Below, piece after piece: positions 47,038 to 57,943 of a DNA stretch of 64,000 nucleotides. The notes beneath the pieces are model-generated. The model had not been told where the DNA came from and searched no databases. It saw only the letters and a list, made by a program, of their open reading frames with translations. Both the position numbers and the translations under genes were made by a program. This stretch comes from Ignavibacteria bacterium. Lineage in GTDB: Bacteria > Bacteroidota > Ignavibacteria > Ignavibacteriales > SURF-24. How positions within the stretch are numbered: the stretch's first letter is position 1; every line of letters begins with the position of its first letter. The DNA lies in contig JAAXKQ010000014.1 in assembly GCA_025612245.1 (NCBI GenBank), positions 40,028 through 104,027 on the forward strand. The letters are read 5' to 3'.

Positions 47038-48384
47038 TTACTTTAACAACAATGCCTTCAGGGTCCTACTTTTACTTCCATTTATTACGTGTATAAAATA
47101 ATTACCCGTAGGCAATGAACCGGCGTTCCACCTGAAGGTGTGGCTCCCCCGTTGAATTATACCATCATATAGCTTTTCAACTTCACGACCCACAATGTCA
47201 TAAACTGCAATTCTGGTATAGGCCGCCTCTGAAGTCTCAAAAGTAAGGGTTGTCTGCCCGTTAAAGGGATTCGGGTAATTCCTGACTATCATTTCCCCGG
47301 GCACTGACTTGATATTAGACAAGTCTTTCTCAACTGAATTCGTCATGCTGCCGGGATAAAAGGTGTAGCCGACGCCCCCTTTTTCGAACCACGACCTCGA
47401 AAGATCCGTCTTATCAAATTTATACGCATAACCGTCGCTTCTTGCCGGATCATGAACAATAGGGTTTCCGCTCTCGTCAAATCCGGCCAGCATGATCAGG
47501 TGCCCGGAATATAAAGGCTTTCCTACAGACATTACCACGCGTCCTCCTGCCTCAAGAACCTTCTCTGCCTGGCTCCACGTGCGGTAGCGGGTTACTGCGC
47601 CATCAAGGCCGTATCCTGCCGCATTCTGAACTGTTCTTGGCCAGACTCCGAACATTTCCCAGTACGGGTCGTAATTATCCCTTGCAAACTGCAGGGGATC
47701 AACTTTTATATTGTAGCTCCTGAGAACCATTGAGGTGGAAGTTGGCGAACAGATGCTGCCGCCAATATCCGGATCGAGAGCAAACTGATAAAAATGCTGT
47801 GTATCGATAAAAATTGCCGGTGGCTTGTCCTTTACGATTGCAGCAATGTTTACCTTTGACGTAGTGAGCTGATCGCTTAAAAAGAAACTCAGCTTGTGCA
47901 GGCTTGCCGAAGGCTGACTGGTGGAAGTTCTTCTCATTTGAACCTGGAACTGCCACTTTTTACAGTATGAATTTAATTTTACTTCATCAACCTCCACGCT
48001 TCCATTTGCGAATTCTACTTCACCATAGGAAGGGAATATATTGGCTTTCCAGTAGCCGACCGTCACCCACTGAGTCCAGCCGCCATAAAAAAATCGCATG
48101 AGCACCTTAAAGCTGCTGTTGTCATTTGGGACTTTTCCATTCCAGGAAGGGAGCCCGTCGTTGAAAGGATATTCCGAGGAATCAGGGTAAAAGACCGTCG
48201 AACCAGTTAAACTGCCTTCCTTGAGTACGATGCTCTTTCCATCGCCGCCGACTTGCATTCCATCCATGCTGTATATTTTTTTTACAAGGCTGTCTTTTTC
48301 ATAAAAGTAATGCTGGTCGGCATAAGGCTGGCAAAAAGCTATGCCGGAGATCAGGAAGAGAAACAGTGTTAGTCTGCAGGCCAT
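47038..48384 (-). CDS. secreted peptidase C39-like (papain-fold) protein, T9SS cargo
   Basis: 448 aa with a signal peptide. GGSICSPTSTSMVLRSY and GHLIMLAGFDESGNPIVHDP are candidate Cys/His catalytic motifs. The C-terminal RNYPNPFNGQTTLTF...GNYFIHV is the sorting domain. Confidence 0.45.
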   Translation of the reverse strand: MACRLTLFLFLISGIAFCQPYADQHYFYEKDSLVKKIYSMDGMQVGGDGKSIVLKEGSLTGSTVFYPDSSEYPFNDGLPSWNGKVPNDNSSFKVLMRFFYGGWTQWVTVGYWKANIFPSYGEVEFANGSVEVDEVKLNSYCKKWQFQVQMRRTSTSQPSASLHKLSFFLSDQLTTSKVNIAAIVKDKPPAIFIDTQHFYQFALDPDIGGSICSPTSTSMVLRSYNIKVDPLQFARDNYDPYWEMFGVWPRTVQNAAGYGLDGAVTRYRTWSQAEKVLEAGGRVVMSVGKPLYSGHLIMLAGFDESGNPIVHDPARSDGYAYKFDKTDLSRSWFEKGGVGYTFYPGSMTNSVEKDLSNIKSVPGEMIVRNYPNPFNGQTTLTFETSEAAYTRIAVYDIVGREVEKLYDGIIQRGSHTFRWNAGSLPTGNYFIHVINGSKSRTLKALLLK

Positions 48385-48498
48385 TTGGAATTCCTTATTT
48401 TATTGTCAAATGAATAAAATGAAAGAACCTCTTTAGCAGACGGCAATATAATCAAAATTTTCAATGTTAAAAACTTTTATTTCCTGCCTTTTAAGCCC

Positions 48499-49323
48499 TC
48501 AGAGTCTTTCGAAATAAGAAACCATTTCATACCTCGCCTTTGCATCGGGAAGATTTCCTGTGCCGGCTGCCATATTGTCAATTAAATGTTCCGGATCAGA
48601 AGTACCCGGGATAACACACGTAACTGCCGGGTGTGAAATAATAAATTTAAGGAAAAACTGGCCCCAGCTTTTTATCTCATAATCACCTGCCCAATCCGGC
48701 AGCTTCTTACCCTTTACTTTCCTGAAAAGACCGTCCTGGTCAAATGGCACGTTTACAATTACTGCTACCCCTTTCTCCCTTGCCGTATTTAGAAGGCTGC
48801 CCTCGGCATTACGGTCACCTATGGAATAGTTTAGCTGCACAAAGTCAATCTTTTCGGATTTTATTATGCTTTCAAGCTTTTCATGCGCCGATGAGGTATA
48901 GTGGGTAAGACCGATGTAGCGGACTCTTCCCTCTTTTTTCCATTTGTTTAGCGTGCGCATGTGCGTCTTCCAGTCGAGGAGGTTATGCACCTCTATTAGG
49001 TCCATCGTGCTTCTTCTCATTTTGCGAAGTGAGCTTTCCATCTGTTCAATGCCCGGTTTCTCGCCGCTGGTCCAGACTTTTGTAGCATAAAAAAAACTGT
49101 CGGCAATTCCGAGCTCATTTGTCAGGTCGCCTATTACCTTTTCCGATTTCCCATACATCGGGGAGGAATCTATCATTTTGCCCCCCAGCTCTGCCATTTT
49201 TCTTAGGACTTCTCTTAAAGGCTCCCGTTCAGCCGGGGAAGAGCCGACGTCAAACTGCAGCCATGATCCAAGCCCGATTACAGGCATCATTTCACCCGTT
49301 GAGGGTATTTTACGTTCGATCAT
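48499..49323 (-). CDS. aldo/keto reductase
   Basis: 274 aa with an AKR-like layout (GLGSW..., IDSSPMYGKSE, RYIGLTHY). Confidence 0.8.
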   Translation of the reverse strand: MIERKIPSTGEMMPVIGLGSWLQFDVGSSPAEREPLREVLRKMAELGGKMIDSSPMYGKSEKVIGDLTNELGIADSFFYATKVWTSGEKPGIEQMESSLRKMRRSTMDLIEVHNLLDWKTHMRTLNKWKKEGRVRYIGLTHYTSSAHEKLESIIKSEKIDFVQLNYSIGDRNAEGSLLNTAREKGVAVIVNVPFDQDGLFRKVKGKKLPDWAGDYEIKSWGQFFLKFIISHPAVTCVIPGTSDPEHLIDNMAAGTGNLPDAKARYEMVSYFERL

Positions 49324-49609
49324 AAAAATGCTCTAAAATTTACAAATATCTTCCAAAAGTACTTTAGCCATGCCTAAATATAATCTTAGCGAATTGATAA
49401 ATAAAAAGATATGTAAATAAAGTCTGGTGCCTCCGGCCCTAAAGCCCTCATTATGCTGCTTCAGAAGGGCTCTTTAGTTTGAAATTTTGAACTTATTGAA
49501 ATTGAACTTATTCGTTTCAGACTAATGTTAGTTAAGCAGAGGATACTTGCTGGATTGGTTATTTATTTGATTTCTCAGTATTTTTGTCCAGGAACTTTTA
49601 ACAAGGATT

Positions 49610-50158
49610 ATGAAAAAAAGAATTAAAAGTAAGTATAAAATTGTACAGTTCGGGCAACCCGTACTGCGCGAAATTGCAAAGCCAGTAACCGTATTCCATC
49701 ACAAGCTCCACGAGCTGGTAGATTCACTTGCCGAAACACTTTACAGGAGTGAGGACGGGGCGGCCATTGCGGCACCACAGATTGGTGTTTCAAAAAGAAT
49801 TGTCGTAATCGATTATGAAGATGAATATTTGGAATTGCTGAACCCTGAAATCATCTCGTCATCAGGAACACAGACAGGCTATGAAGGCTGCCTTTCGCTT
49901 CCCGGATTCATCGGAAACGTCACGCGCGCCCAGACGGTTAAGGTCAAATACCAGGACCGGGATGGGAATGAAATTACAATCGAGAAAAACGGCAACCTTG
50001 CCCGCTGCCTTCAGCACGAAATCGACCATCTGGACGGAATCCTTTTTATTGACAAGGTAATTGACAAGTTCCTGGTGCACCAGGATACTGATGAAAAACT
50101 AAAACTGCAGGACGTGCTGGACCTTTCAAACGGGAAAAACTTCGAGGCCACGACCTGA
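49610..50158 (+). CDS. def: peptide deformylase
   Basis: All three Def motifs are present: GAAIAAPQIG, EGCLSLPG, QHEIDHLDG. Confidence 0.9.
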   Translation: MKKRIKSKYKIVQFGQPVLREIAKPVTVFHHKLHELVDSLAETLYRSEDGAAIAAPQIGVSKRIVVIDYEDEYLELLNPEIISSSGTQTGYEGCLSLPGFIGNVTRAQTVKVKYQDRDGNEITIEKNGNLARCLQHEIDHLDGILFIDKVIDKFLVHQDTDEKLKLQDVLDLSNGKNFEATT

Positions 50159-50185
50159 AAAGAAGAGTCGTAAAAAATAATTTCT

Positions 50186-50220
50186 GAGGCTGTAAGCACT
50201 TACAGCCTCATATTTTATTT
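50186..50220. terminator. terminator hairpin after def
   Basis: GAGGCTGTAA-GCAC-TTACAGCCTC followed by ATATTTTATTT. Confidence 0.7.
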
Positions 50221-50538
50221 CTTCTGCGCATTCATCACATTCTGAAGCCCTTTCTGCAGTTCCTCCTGGTTCATGACAGGGGTAAAAGTTACCTCCGCAT
50301 TCAGTTCCAGAAACAGTGGCTCCGTTATCTGCGGCATTAAAGAGGAGTCCTGCATGTCAAAGAAAAAGTATGCCGTGCGCTTTCCATCCTCTGGGGCAAA
50401 ATAAACAGCTTCGGGCTTTATCAGACTGGCAACAGACATTATGGTCTTCTGCAGTGTGCCGTCTCTCATTGCCCTGTTTCCTGCATCTATATTCAGATGA
50501 ACCTTCATTAAAGTTCTCATAAAATATTCCTCCTTCAT
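50215..50538 (-). CDS. small hypothetical protein
   Basis: 107-aa ORF with no recognisable motif. The true start may be an internal Met (MRTLMKV). Confidence 0.4.
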   Translation of the reverse strand: MKEEYFMRTLMKVHLNIDAGNRAMRDGTLQKTIMSVASLIKPEAVYFAPEDGKRTAYFFFDMQDSSLMPQITEPLFLELNAEVTFTPVMNQEELQKGLQNVMNAQKK

Positions 50539-50742
50539 ATTATGTTTGTTTAATGCCTTTGCCGCTTAAACCAGCATTATTAACGAAACATGCCCGGCCG
50601 TACAGAGGATAATTTTTCTAAAATATCGGATTAGTAAAGATGAATTCAGCAAAGGATTTTATTAATGAAAGCTGAATTGCAATTAAAGTCAATGCCTAAT
50701 AAAGCGTCCGGTTCATTTTATTCCGGCTCAATTTCATATTAT

Positions 50743-51156
50743 TTACTTCCCCACTTTATCTGCCGGTCTTCCCCTCAGGGCGCTCCAGGTCTCATCAATG
50801 GCTATCTGTGAGACCGGCCTGAGCCCAATTAGCCCCAGAGCATTCCAGAGAGTTTCCCTCTTGATGTCGCTTTTAATTTTCCCTGTTCCTTTTGGGTAAC
50901 ATGCCCAGAATATGCAGTCGTTAACGCCTGCTTTTTCCACTTCCTTCAGGAGCTTTTCCATTTCAGTCTGTGAGGTGGCAAAGACTTGCACAAAACCGTA
51001 GCGGCCTACCTTTGGGGTTGCAGGTTTACTGTCGTAATTTATGTCTTCCAGAATCTGCGTATACCCATCAGGTGCATTTACAATCAATAAATTTTCAGCC
51101 TTATCCAGGCGCAGCTTTTTAAATACTTCAGCAGCCTTCATCCTTTTTACCCACAA
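50743..51156 (-). CDS. DUF3052-like hypothetical protein
   Basis: 137 aa. FWACYPKGTGKIKSDIKRETLW...DETWSALRGRP resembles that family, from memory only. Confidence 0.4.
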   Translation of the reverse strand: MWVKRMKAAEVFKKLRLDKAENLLIVNAPDGYTQILEDINYDSKPATPKVGRYGFVQVFATSQTEMEKLLKEVEKAGVNDCIFWACYPKGTGKIKSDIKRETLWNALGLIGLRPVSQIAIDETWSALRGRPADKVGK

Positions 51157-51365
51157 TTGTTTTCTATTGACGGATAAATATACAAAGCTGCCGCATGGAA
51201 AAGCAACTATCGCTTGCCCTTAAAAATACATGGTCAGGTTTCAGAAAAAAATTTAAGATTTTATTGGCTTAATATCCATTTTTATTTATATTTGGTCTAA
51301 ATAAAAATAACGCTTTGCAACCCTATTCCTGAAACGATACCTGCAAATTACGATTTGATAACAAA

Positions 51366-52667
51366 GTGGAAGAAACGATGAAAATAATTTTCCGGATTAA
51401 CTATATTTTTTTCCTTTTATTGGTTACCATTTTGAAGACCGAAGCCTCACCGGAAAGAACTGGCATTTCCGATTCCTCCAGCCTCAGCTTCCGGTCGGCA
51501 GCTTTTAACTCCAATGGCATGAAATTTCCCTTTTCCGCTTCTAAAATGGATGTTGACAGCCTTGAGATGCTTCATACTGGCACGCCTGAAATAAAAAATG
51601 AACCAATGGATGTGAAAAAGGAATTTCTGCCTCCCCACGAGCTGAAGCTTGGCCTTACGGGCATATATCAGGTTAGTCCGGCAGGAAAGGAGCAGATAAA
51701 TCACGGGGGAAAAATCTCTGCCGCCTCAGGGTCGGTGGATATTGAAATGTCTTTCTTCCCTTTGAAAACCTCCAGGACTTTTCTCCACCTGGAGTCGGGA
51801 AAAGGAAGCGGCCTGGATGCAATTGCAGAGTCTTTCTCGGGCTTTAATTTTGATGCCGATGACAACCCGGAGCTAAGAGTAACCGAGCTCTGGTATGAGC
51901 AGGATCTGCTCGAAGGCAGACTACGCTCCCAGTTGGGTAAAATTGACCTTAGCACCACATTTGACCGGAACATTGCGGCCAATAGCGAAACCCTGCAGTT
52001 CCTTTCTCCGGGATTCAGAAATAACCCCGCGCTTGAATTCCCCGTCAGGAACAGCCCCGGACTTAGTCTCTGGCTTTCAACCGGGGAATTATTCGATCTT
52101 GGTTTTGCAATAGCAGAGGCCGACGCGGATTGGAACAGGATATTTGACGATCTGTTCTCAATCCTTGAAATCGACTTAAAACCGCAGTTTAACCAAATGC
52201 AGGGAAACTACAGGCTCTACTTCTGGAAGAACAATCTGCAACATCAACTGCTTCTGAAAGAAGGGAATTCACAAAAAGGCAACTACGGATTTGGGATTTC
52301 AGCCGACCAGGAGCTTTCCAGGAGTCTCATAGTTTTCAGCCGAATCGGCATTCAGAGGGGCGACCTCTCTCGCATGCATTATGCATTTAGTGCAGGCCTG
52401 CAGTTTTCGTCAGATAACACGGAGACAGAAGAAAATGTATTTGGAGCGGCATACGGGATCAATTTTATCGGCAGATATGGCAGAATGCTGGACAGTATGA
52501 GTTTCATTACTTCAGCTCATGAGCACCACATTGAGCTTTACTACAATTTCAGGCTAAACAGTTTTATCCGCATTTCACCGGATATTCAATGGATTAAAAA
52601 CCTTGAGGCCAATGCCCGGGCCGGCAGCCTCTGGGCGTTCGGCCTGAGAACTCAGTTTTCAATTTGA
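51366..52667 (+). CDS. putative outer-membrane porin (OprB/carbohydrate-porin-like)
   Basis: 433 aa with a signal peptide and beta-rich alternating pattern. The assignment is tentative. Confidence 0.35.
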   Translation: MEETMKIIFRINYIFFLLLVTILKTEASPERTGISDSSSLSFRSAAFNSNGMKFPFSASKMDVDSLEMLHTGTPEIKNEPMDVKKEFLPPHELKLGLTGIYQVSPAGKEQINHGGKISAASGSVDIEMSFFPLKTSRTFLHLESGKGSGLDAIAESFSGFNFDADDNPELRVTELWYEQDLLEGRLRSQLGKIDLSTTFDRNIAANSETLQFLSPGFRNNPALEFPVRNSPGLSLWLSTGELFDLGFAIAEADADWNRIFDDLFSILEIDLKPQFNQMQGNYRLYFWKNNLQHQLLLKEGNSQKGNYGFGISADQELSRSLIVFSRIGIQRGDLSRMHYAFSAGLQFSSDNTETEENVFGAAYGINFIGRYGRMLDSMSFITSAHEHHIELYYNFRLNSFIRISPDIQWIKNLEANARAGSLWAFGLRTQFSI

Positions 52668-52770
52668 TATATTTTAACTGCCCCTTGCTGTTACATGTAT
52701 CTGCATTGTTAATCACGCCAAATCTGCTATTTTATTTTATATCCAAAATAAAATACCGGAGGCAGTTAAA

Positions 52771-53415
52771 ATGAAAGTAGCACTCATTGGAGCAAGCGGT
52801 TTCGTGGGTTCGGCTGTTCTAAAAGAAGCACTCATGCGCGGGCATAACGTAACAGCAATTCTAAGGCATCCTGAAGAAATTAAAATCCAGGATCCAAAGC
52901 TCACAGTAAAAGAAGGGGACGTATTTAATGAAAATGAGTTCGCTGAATTACTCCGCGGACAGGATGCCGTGATCAGCACATATAACCCGGGATGGACTAA
53001 CCCCGAAATTGCTGAGCTCACCAGAAAAGGTCATCAGGCAATTATCAATGGGGTAAAAAGAGCACACGTAAAACGCCTTATTACTGCCGGCGGAGCCGGA
53101 AGCCTTGAAATTGCTCCCGGCAAACAGCTCGTCGACCAGCCGGAATTCCCTGCCGAATGGAAAACAGGGGCAATGGCATTGCGTGACGCACTTAATACAT
53201 ACAGGAATGAAAAGGATATCGATTGGACATTCTTCAGCCCTGCCATTAATATCTTCCCAGGCGAAAGAACAGGCAAATTTCGTCTTGGAAGTGAGCAGCC
53301 AATTCTGGATGAAAAAGGACAGGGCAGAATTTCTGTGCAGGACTATGCTGTTGCCATGATAGATGAGCTCGAAAACCCAAAGCACCTAAAACAGCGTTTT
53401 ACAATTGGCTACTAG
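52771..53415 (+). CDS. NAD(P)H-binding (NmrA/atypical SDR) oxidoreductase
   Basis: 214 aa. The N-terminus MKVALIGASGFVGSAV is a Rossmann motif. Confidence 0.8.
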   Translation: MKVALIGASGFVGSAVLKEALMRGHNVTAILRHPEEIKIQDPKLTVKEGDVFNENEFAELLRGQDAVISTYNPGWTNPEIAELTRKGHQAIINGVKRAHVKRLITAGGAGSLEIAPGKQLVDQPEFPAEWKTGAMALRDALNTYRNEKDIDWTFFSPAINIFPGERTGKFRLGSEQPILDEKGQGRISVQDYAVAMIDELENPKHLKQRFTIGY

Positions 53416-53563
53416 AAAAAATGGATTATGCACATTTATACAATTGGCAGCCCGGTTTAATTTGAGGCAGTTTAACTCTGGCAAGTAAAATATGTAAAAT
53501 AAAATCTATAAAAATGCGGCAGATCTTTTACAGGTCTGCCGCAGGTATCACAATTCCGTTGGA

Positions 53564-53953
53564 CTAGAATTTTGGCTCAACAAGATCGAACCTGTTTCCA
53601 TATAGATCCTCAAAAACTACCTCCGTACCCCATGGGCTTTCGGACGGGAAGCCGTGAAAGTTAACTCCCCTGGCTTTCATCCTCTCATAATCTCTCATGC
53701 AGTTATCGGTTATAAAAGTCATAAAGACGTGATCCGAGGCCTGTATGCCTATTTTGCTGCGCTTGTCCTCTGTATCGGCCTCTACAAACACGATTGCCGT
53801 TTCACTCTGCTTCTGAGGGGCAACCGTAACCCATCTGAACCCTTCACCTGTTTTGTCATCTGATATCAGCTGGAACCCGATTATATCTGTATAAAACTGG
53901 ATAGCTTCATCATAGTTCCTTACAAAAATTGTGATGTGACCTATTTTCTTCAT
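53564..53953 (-). CDS. VOC/glyoxalase-family protein
   Basis: ATG at 53953 with a GGAGG RBS. MKKIGHITIFVRNYDEAIQFYTDIIGF is a typical VOC beta-alpha-beta start. Confidence 0.75.
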   Translation of the reverse strand: MKKIGHITIFVRNYDEAIQFYTDIIGFQLISDDKTGEGFRWVTVAPQKQSETAIVFVEADTEDKRSKIGIQASDHVFMTFITDNCMRDYERMKARGVNFHGFPSESPWGTEVVFEDLYGNRFDLVEPKF

Positions 53954-54078
53954 AGTCAGAGATAACCTCCTTTCGCAATATTTATGCGCTGCAAATTCTG
54001 CTGGCGAATTACCCAAGTCATTACTTGAACTATATAAACTATCGTAAATATTTGCAAATAATTTATCCGGAAGCTTCT

Positions 54079-54648
54079 TCAAATGAGGGGTTTAATTCCT
54101 TTAATTCCGTAGTGGTAAGGGGGCAGGTCCAGAACACTTCCTGAAATCTTAAAACCCGCCTCAAGCATCCACTTCTGAATGTCCTGAGGCTTCGGCCTTA
54201 TGAATAAAGAAGGGCCTCTTGGAGTAAGAGGATCGTAATTCCAGTGGATTGCGGCAACTTTAGCTCCCGGGGACATTATCCTGAATGCCTCCTTAAGAAG
54301 CCTTAAAGGATCCTGCCCGTGGAGAATGTTAAAAAGTGCAACTGCCTCAACAAAGGCACCAGGAAGCCCGGTGCCTTCACGTTCAAGGTCCCTCCTCAAG
54401 ACCTCCAAATTTTTCAGCTCTTTTAGCCTTTTATTGGTTCTTTCAACCATGCTTTCTTCAATGTCAAATGCATAGATAAGTCCTTTAGTCCTGCGTGCAA
54501 TGGCGCCGGTAAAAGTGCCATAGCCGCAGCCGAATTCAGCGGCATTGCCAAGTATCACTTTGCCGAAAAGCTTTTCAACTATCAGTTCAGGATTAAAAAA
54601 ACTTTCCCACTGGGTTTCATCCGGCATCCCACTATCTCGTACTTTCAT
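54079..54648 (-). CDS. class I SAM-dependent methyltransferase
   Basis: 189 aa with motif I AAEFGCGYGTFTG. Confidence 0.7.
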   Translation of the reverse strand: MKVRDSGMPDETQWESFFNPELIVEKLFGKVILGNAAEFGCGYGTFTGAIARRTKGLIYAFDIEESMVERTNKRLKELKNLEVLRRDLEREGTGLPGAFVEAVALFNILHGQDPLRLLKEAFRIMSPGAKVAAIHWNYDPLTPRGPSLFIRPKPQDIQKWMLEAGFKISGSVLDLPPYHYGIKGIKPLI

Positions 54649-54661
54649 TTAGTGCTCTCTG

Positions 54662-56713
54662 CTACTTTAGTCTCTTAACATCCTCTTCTGTAGCAGGACG
54701 GAAGCGTATAGCCTCTCCGCCTCCTGCAGCAAGCCTCAGGCTTAAGGTCATAGAATTATCTACAAGCATTTCTGTGATCTCAATGTCGTAGGGATTGGTC
54801 CTCCAGTCGGCATTCTGCCCGTCGCAGTATATCTCGGCAACGTATTTTTCTCCCGCCTCAAGAAATCCAAGCGGAGCCTCCAGAATCCGCCCCTGCTCGT
54901 CTGTAATGCTTCCCAGGTACCAGTCGCGGCTGTTCCTGTCCTGACGGACAATTGTAAGGTAATTACCAATGCTTGCATTAAGAACCCTTGTATCCTGCCA
55001 GTCTGTCGGCACGTCCTGTATGAACTTGAACGGCTTAGGATTGGCCTCATAATTTTCAATCATATCGGCAGCCATATGAAGCGGGCTATATATGGTTACA
55101 TAGTGTGCAAGCTGTCTGGCCAGAGTGGTATTTACCCTGTTTGCCGGACGGTCCTTAAAGGTAAGAGCAAAAATGCCGGGAGTAAAATCCATGGGTCCCG
55201 AAAGTAGCCTTGTAAAAGGCAGTATTGTAGTATGTTCCGGCGGGTTGCCTCCCTCAGAACCCCAGGCGTCGTATTCCTCGCCCCGGGCACCTTCCCTGGA
55301 CATCATGTTTGGGAATGTACGCCTTAGTCCGGTATCCTTGATAGGTTCGTGAACGTCTACCATTATGTGGTGCTTTGCTGCCTCTTCCACTACTTTCTGG
55401 TAATGCCTGACTGTATACTGTCCGTGGTGCCACTCAAGCTGAGCGTTACCTTCTTCGTCGATTCTCTTGATGCTGCGCCCCCAGTTGACGTACCCCGTCT
55501 TAATTGCCTTAATGCCGAGTTTTTCATAGAGACTGAAGGCATCGGTCAATTGGCGCTCATAATTCATAATTGCGCCTCCTGTTTCATTGTGTCCTATTAA
55601 ATACACCCCCTTTTGCTTTGCATAGTCCGCCAGCCCCTTGAAGTCATAATCGGGATAAGGAGTGCTGAAGTTAAACTGGTCACCATTTTTCACCCAGTCG
55701 CCATCCCATCCAAGATTCCAGCCTTCAACAAGCACTCCCCTGAAGCCGTACTTAGAAGCGAAGTCAATGTAGCGCCTGGTGTTTTCAGTTGTAGCGCCAT
55801 GTTTTGGCCCCGGGTTCCAGGTATAATAGCCCAGGTGCATTGCCCACCAGATGCCAACGTACTTGCCCGGTTGTACCCACGAAACGTCCCCCAGCTTATT
55901 CGGTTCATTCAGGTTAAGAATGAGGTAGGAAGTAATAAGCCCTCCTGCATCGTCCGAGAGCTGCATTGTCCTCCACGGAGTTTTAAGTGACACTTCTGCC
56001 TTTACCCTCGTGCCGTCGGACCAGGGGTAAAGTTCGGCCTTATAGGTAAAGCTCTCAGTGCGCTTCAGGGCCATACTGGGATAGTCCATCAGAGCAGCCT
56101 CATGCATACTGATAAAAAGCCCATCGGAAGTTTCCATGGTAAAAGGGGTCTGCACTGTATCCGCCTTTGAAAGAGGAGTATGCCTGTAGAGGTACTCATA
56201 GCGGTTTGGCCAGAAGGCACCTATCCACCAGGCCATGTGATCATCAGTAAAGGCAAACTCCGTGAGCTCATCCATTACCTCGAACTTCTTCAGACCCTCC
56301 TGCTCTGGGATCTCATAGCGGAATCCCAGGCCGTCATCGTAAAGACGGAAGGTAATGTTCATTTTCGAAGGGGTTCCGGAGGGCCTTTCAAGTTTTACAG
56401 TAAGCTCGTTATAATTATTGCGTATATCCTTTTTCTCCCCCCAGGGCTGAGTCCAGGTTTCATCAAAATGATTTCTGGCGCTCGAGGTTATCCTGAAATC
56501 CTTATCCAGCGATTGCATATCTTTGAGTATAAATCCCATTCTTGAGGGTTTAATTACCTCGCGTCCAAATCGCTTTATGCTGTAGTAAGGCACGCCATCA
56601 CGTATGTAGAAGGATAGCTGCACAATGTTCCCGGGTGAGGCCACTTCCAGGGTCTGTGCTGAAAGGCTAAAAGAAAAGCTAACAAACATCAGCAGTAATA
56701 TTGTTTTTCGCAC
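54662..56713 (-). CDS. glycoside hydrolase family 97 (alpha-glucosidase/SusB-like)
   Basis: GTG at 56713 preceded by AGGAG, then a signal peptide. LEVASPGNIVQLSF...YYSIKRFGREVIKPSRMGF...DETWTQPWGEKKDIRNNYNEL matches the GH97 N-terminal pattern, from memory. Confidence 0.75.
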   Translation of the reverse strand: MRKTILLLMFVSFSFSLSAQTLEVASPGNIVQLSFYIRDGVPYYSIKRFGREVIKPSRMGFILKDMQSLDKDFRITSSARNHFDETWTQPWGEKKDIRNNYNELTVKLERPSGTPSKMNITFRLYDDGLGFRYEIPEQEGLKKFEVMDELTEFAFTDDHMAWWIGAFWPNRYEYLYRHTPLSKADTVQTPFTMETSDGLFISMHEAALMDYPSMALKRTESFTYKAELYPWSDGTRVKAEVSLKTPWRTMQLSDDAGGLITSYLILNLNEPNKLGDVSWVQPGKYVGIWWAMHLGYYTWNPGPKHGATTENTRRYIDFASKYGFRGVLVEGWNLGWDGDWVKNGDQFNFSTPYPDYDFKGLADYAKQKGVYLIGHNETGGAIMNYERQLTDAFSLYEKLGIKAIKTGYVNWGRSIKRIDEEGNAQLEWHHGQYTVRHYQKVVEEAAKHHIMVDVHEPIKDTGLRRTFPNMMSREGARGEEYDAWGSEGGNPPEHTTILPFTRLLSGPMDFTPGIFALTFKDRPANRVNTTLARQLAHYVTIYSPLHMAADMIENYEANPKPFKFIQDVPTDWQDTRVLNASIGNYLTIVRQDRNSRDWYLGSITDEQGRILEAPLGFLEAGEKYVAEIYCDGQNADWRTNPYDIEITEMLVDNSMTLSLRLAAGGGEAIRFRPATEEDVKRLK

Positions 56714-56959
56714 GGGATTGGGTCTCCTCTTAATTCTTAAATTTTCTAAAGCCGCAGTAGTTGTTATTTTTTCAAAAGAATGGCTGCAAGACAAAATAAA
56801 TATCCTCAGGACAGGTAAATATCCAACGAAATAAAGAGAAATTCAATCGGATTTTTCACCTGGCTAGCGGCCCCGGGACATGAATGTTGGAATATCTGGC
56901 CAATTATAATTAAATTAAATGCGCTCATTGATAATATTTCATTTAACGGCAAAGGTAGC

Positions 56960-57412
56960 ATGAAATCAAAACTTATCCGTGCAGAACTCAAGGACCTGGA
57001 AACTATTCTTGGACTGATGCAGGAATTCTATGAAATTGAGCACCTCAATTTCGATCCTCATTTTGCACGCAAGTCCCTTAAAGAATTGCTTTCTTTTGAA
57101 AGCTTTGGAATGACGCATATTATTTATGCCTGCAACGAGATTTCCGGCTACGTCGTAACTACAAACTGCTATAGCCTGGAGTTCCACGGGCGCTTTGCCT
57201 TAATTGATGAGCTTTACCTGAGGCAGGACTACCGCGGACGCGGAATTGCGAGAAGTGCCCTGGAGGAGCTTGAAGAAATTTGCCGTAAAAATGGAATTCA
57301 TGCAGTTAGACTGGAAGTTGCCAGAACTAACATACACGCGCGCAATGTATACCTTAAGGCAGGCTTCAAAGCCGAGGAGCGCGACCTGATGACTAAGTGG
57401 ATAAAGGAGTAA
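56960..57412 (+). CDS. GNAT N-acetyltransferase
   Basis: 150 aa with the acetyl-CoA motif RGRGIARSALEELEE. Confidence 0.8.
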   Translation: MKSKLIRAELKDLETILGLMQEFYEIEHLNFDPHFARKSLKELLSFESFGMTHIIYACNEISGYVVTTNCYSLEFHGRFALIDELYLRQDYRGRGIARSALEELEEICRKNGIHAVRLEVARTNIHARNVYLKAGFKAEERDLMTKWIKE

Positions 57413-57415
57413 CTA

Positions 57416-57883
57416 ATGGTTTTTGATTCCTTAATAAATTTTAAGAACTACATAAATCTGCATCCCCAGTTCAGGGATGTTTATAATTTCCTCTTGAACA
57501 ATAACACTAAAGACATACCTTTTGGAAAACACAAGGTTAACACACTTGGATGTTTTGCCGGAGTGGATGAATACATAACAAAAGTCCCTTCCGAAGGATT
57601 TATTGAGTTTCACAGAAAATATATAGACGTGCAGATTATTCTGCAGGGAGCCGAGAAAATTGGTATCTGCCACAAAGATAGCACATCAGAGCTTGAGTTT
57701 GATGAGGAAAAAGACTTCGGGAAACTTAAAGGCAAAACCGATTTTATTACGCTAAGGGAAAATTACTTTGTCATATTTTTCCCTCACGACGGCCATATGC
57801 CGCAGTTAAACGAGGGCTCCATTCCCGCCCGTGTAAAGAAAATGGTAATAAAGGTACCCGTCGAAGAGAAATATTCGGATTGA
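57416..57883 (+). CDS. YhcH/YjgK/YiaL (DUF386) family protein
   Basis: 155 aa. EFHRKYIDVQIILQGAE...FFPHDGHMP is characteristic of this family. Confidence 0.7.
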   Translation: MVFDSLINFKNYINLHPQFRDVYNFLLNNNTKDIPFGKHKVNTLGCFAGVDEYITKVPSEGFIEFHRKYIDVQIILQGAEKIGICHKDSTSELEFDEEKDFGKLKGKTDFITLRENYFVIFFPHDGHMPQLNEGSIPARVKKMVIKVPVEEKYSD

Positions 57884-57943
57884 TTAGGTCTTGGCTTCTT
57901 CTTAAAATAATGCTGGAGAATTACTATCTTTTAAGGAGAACAA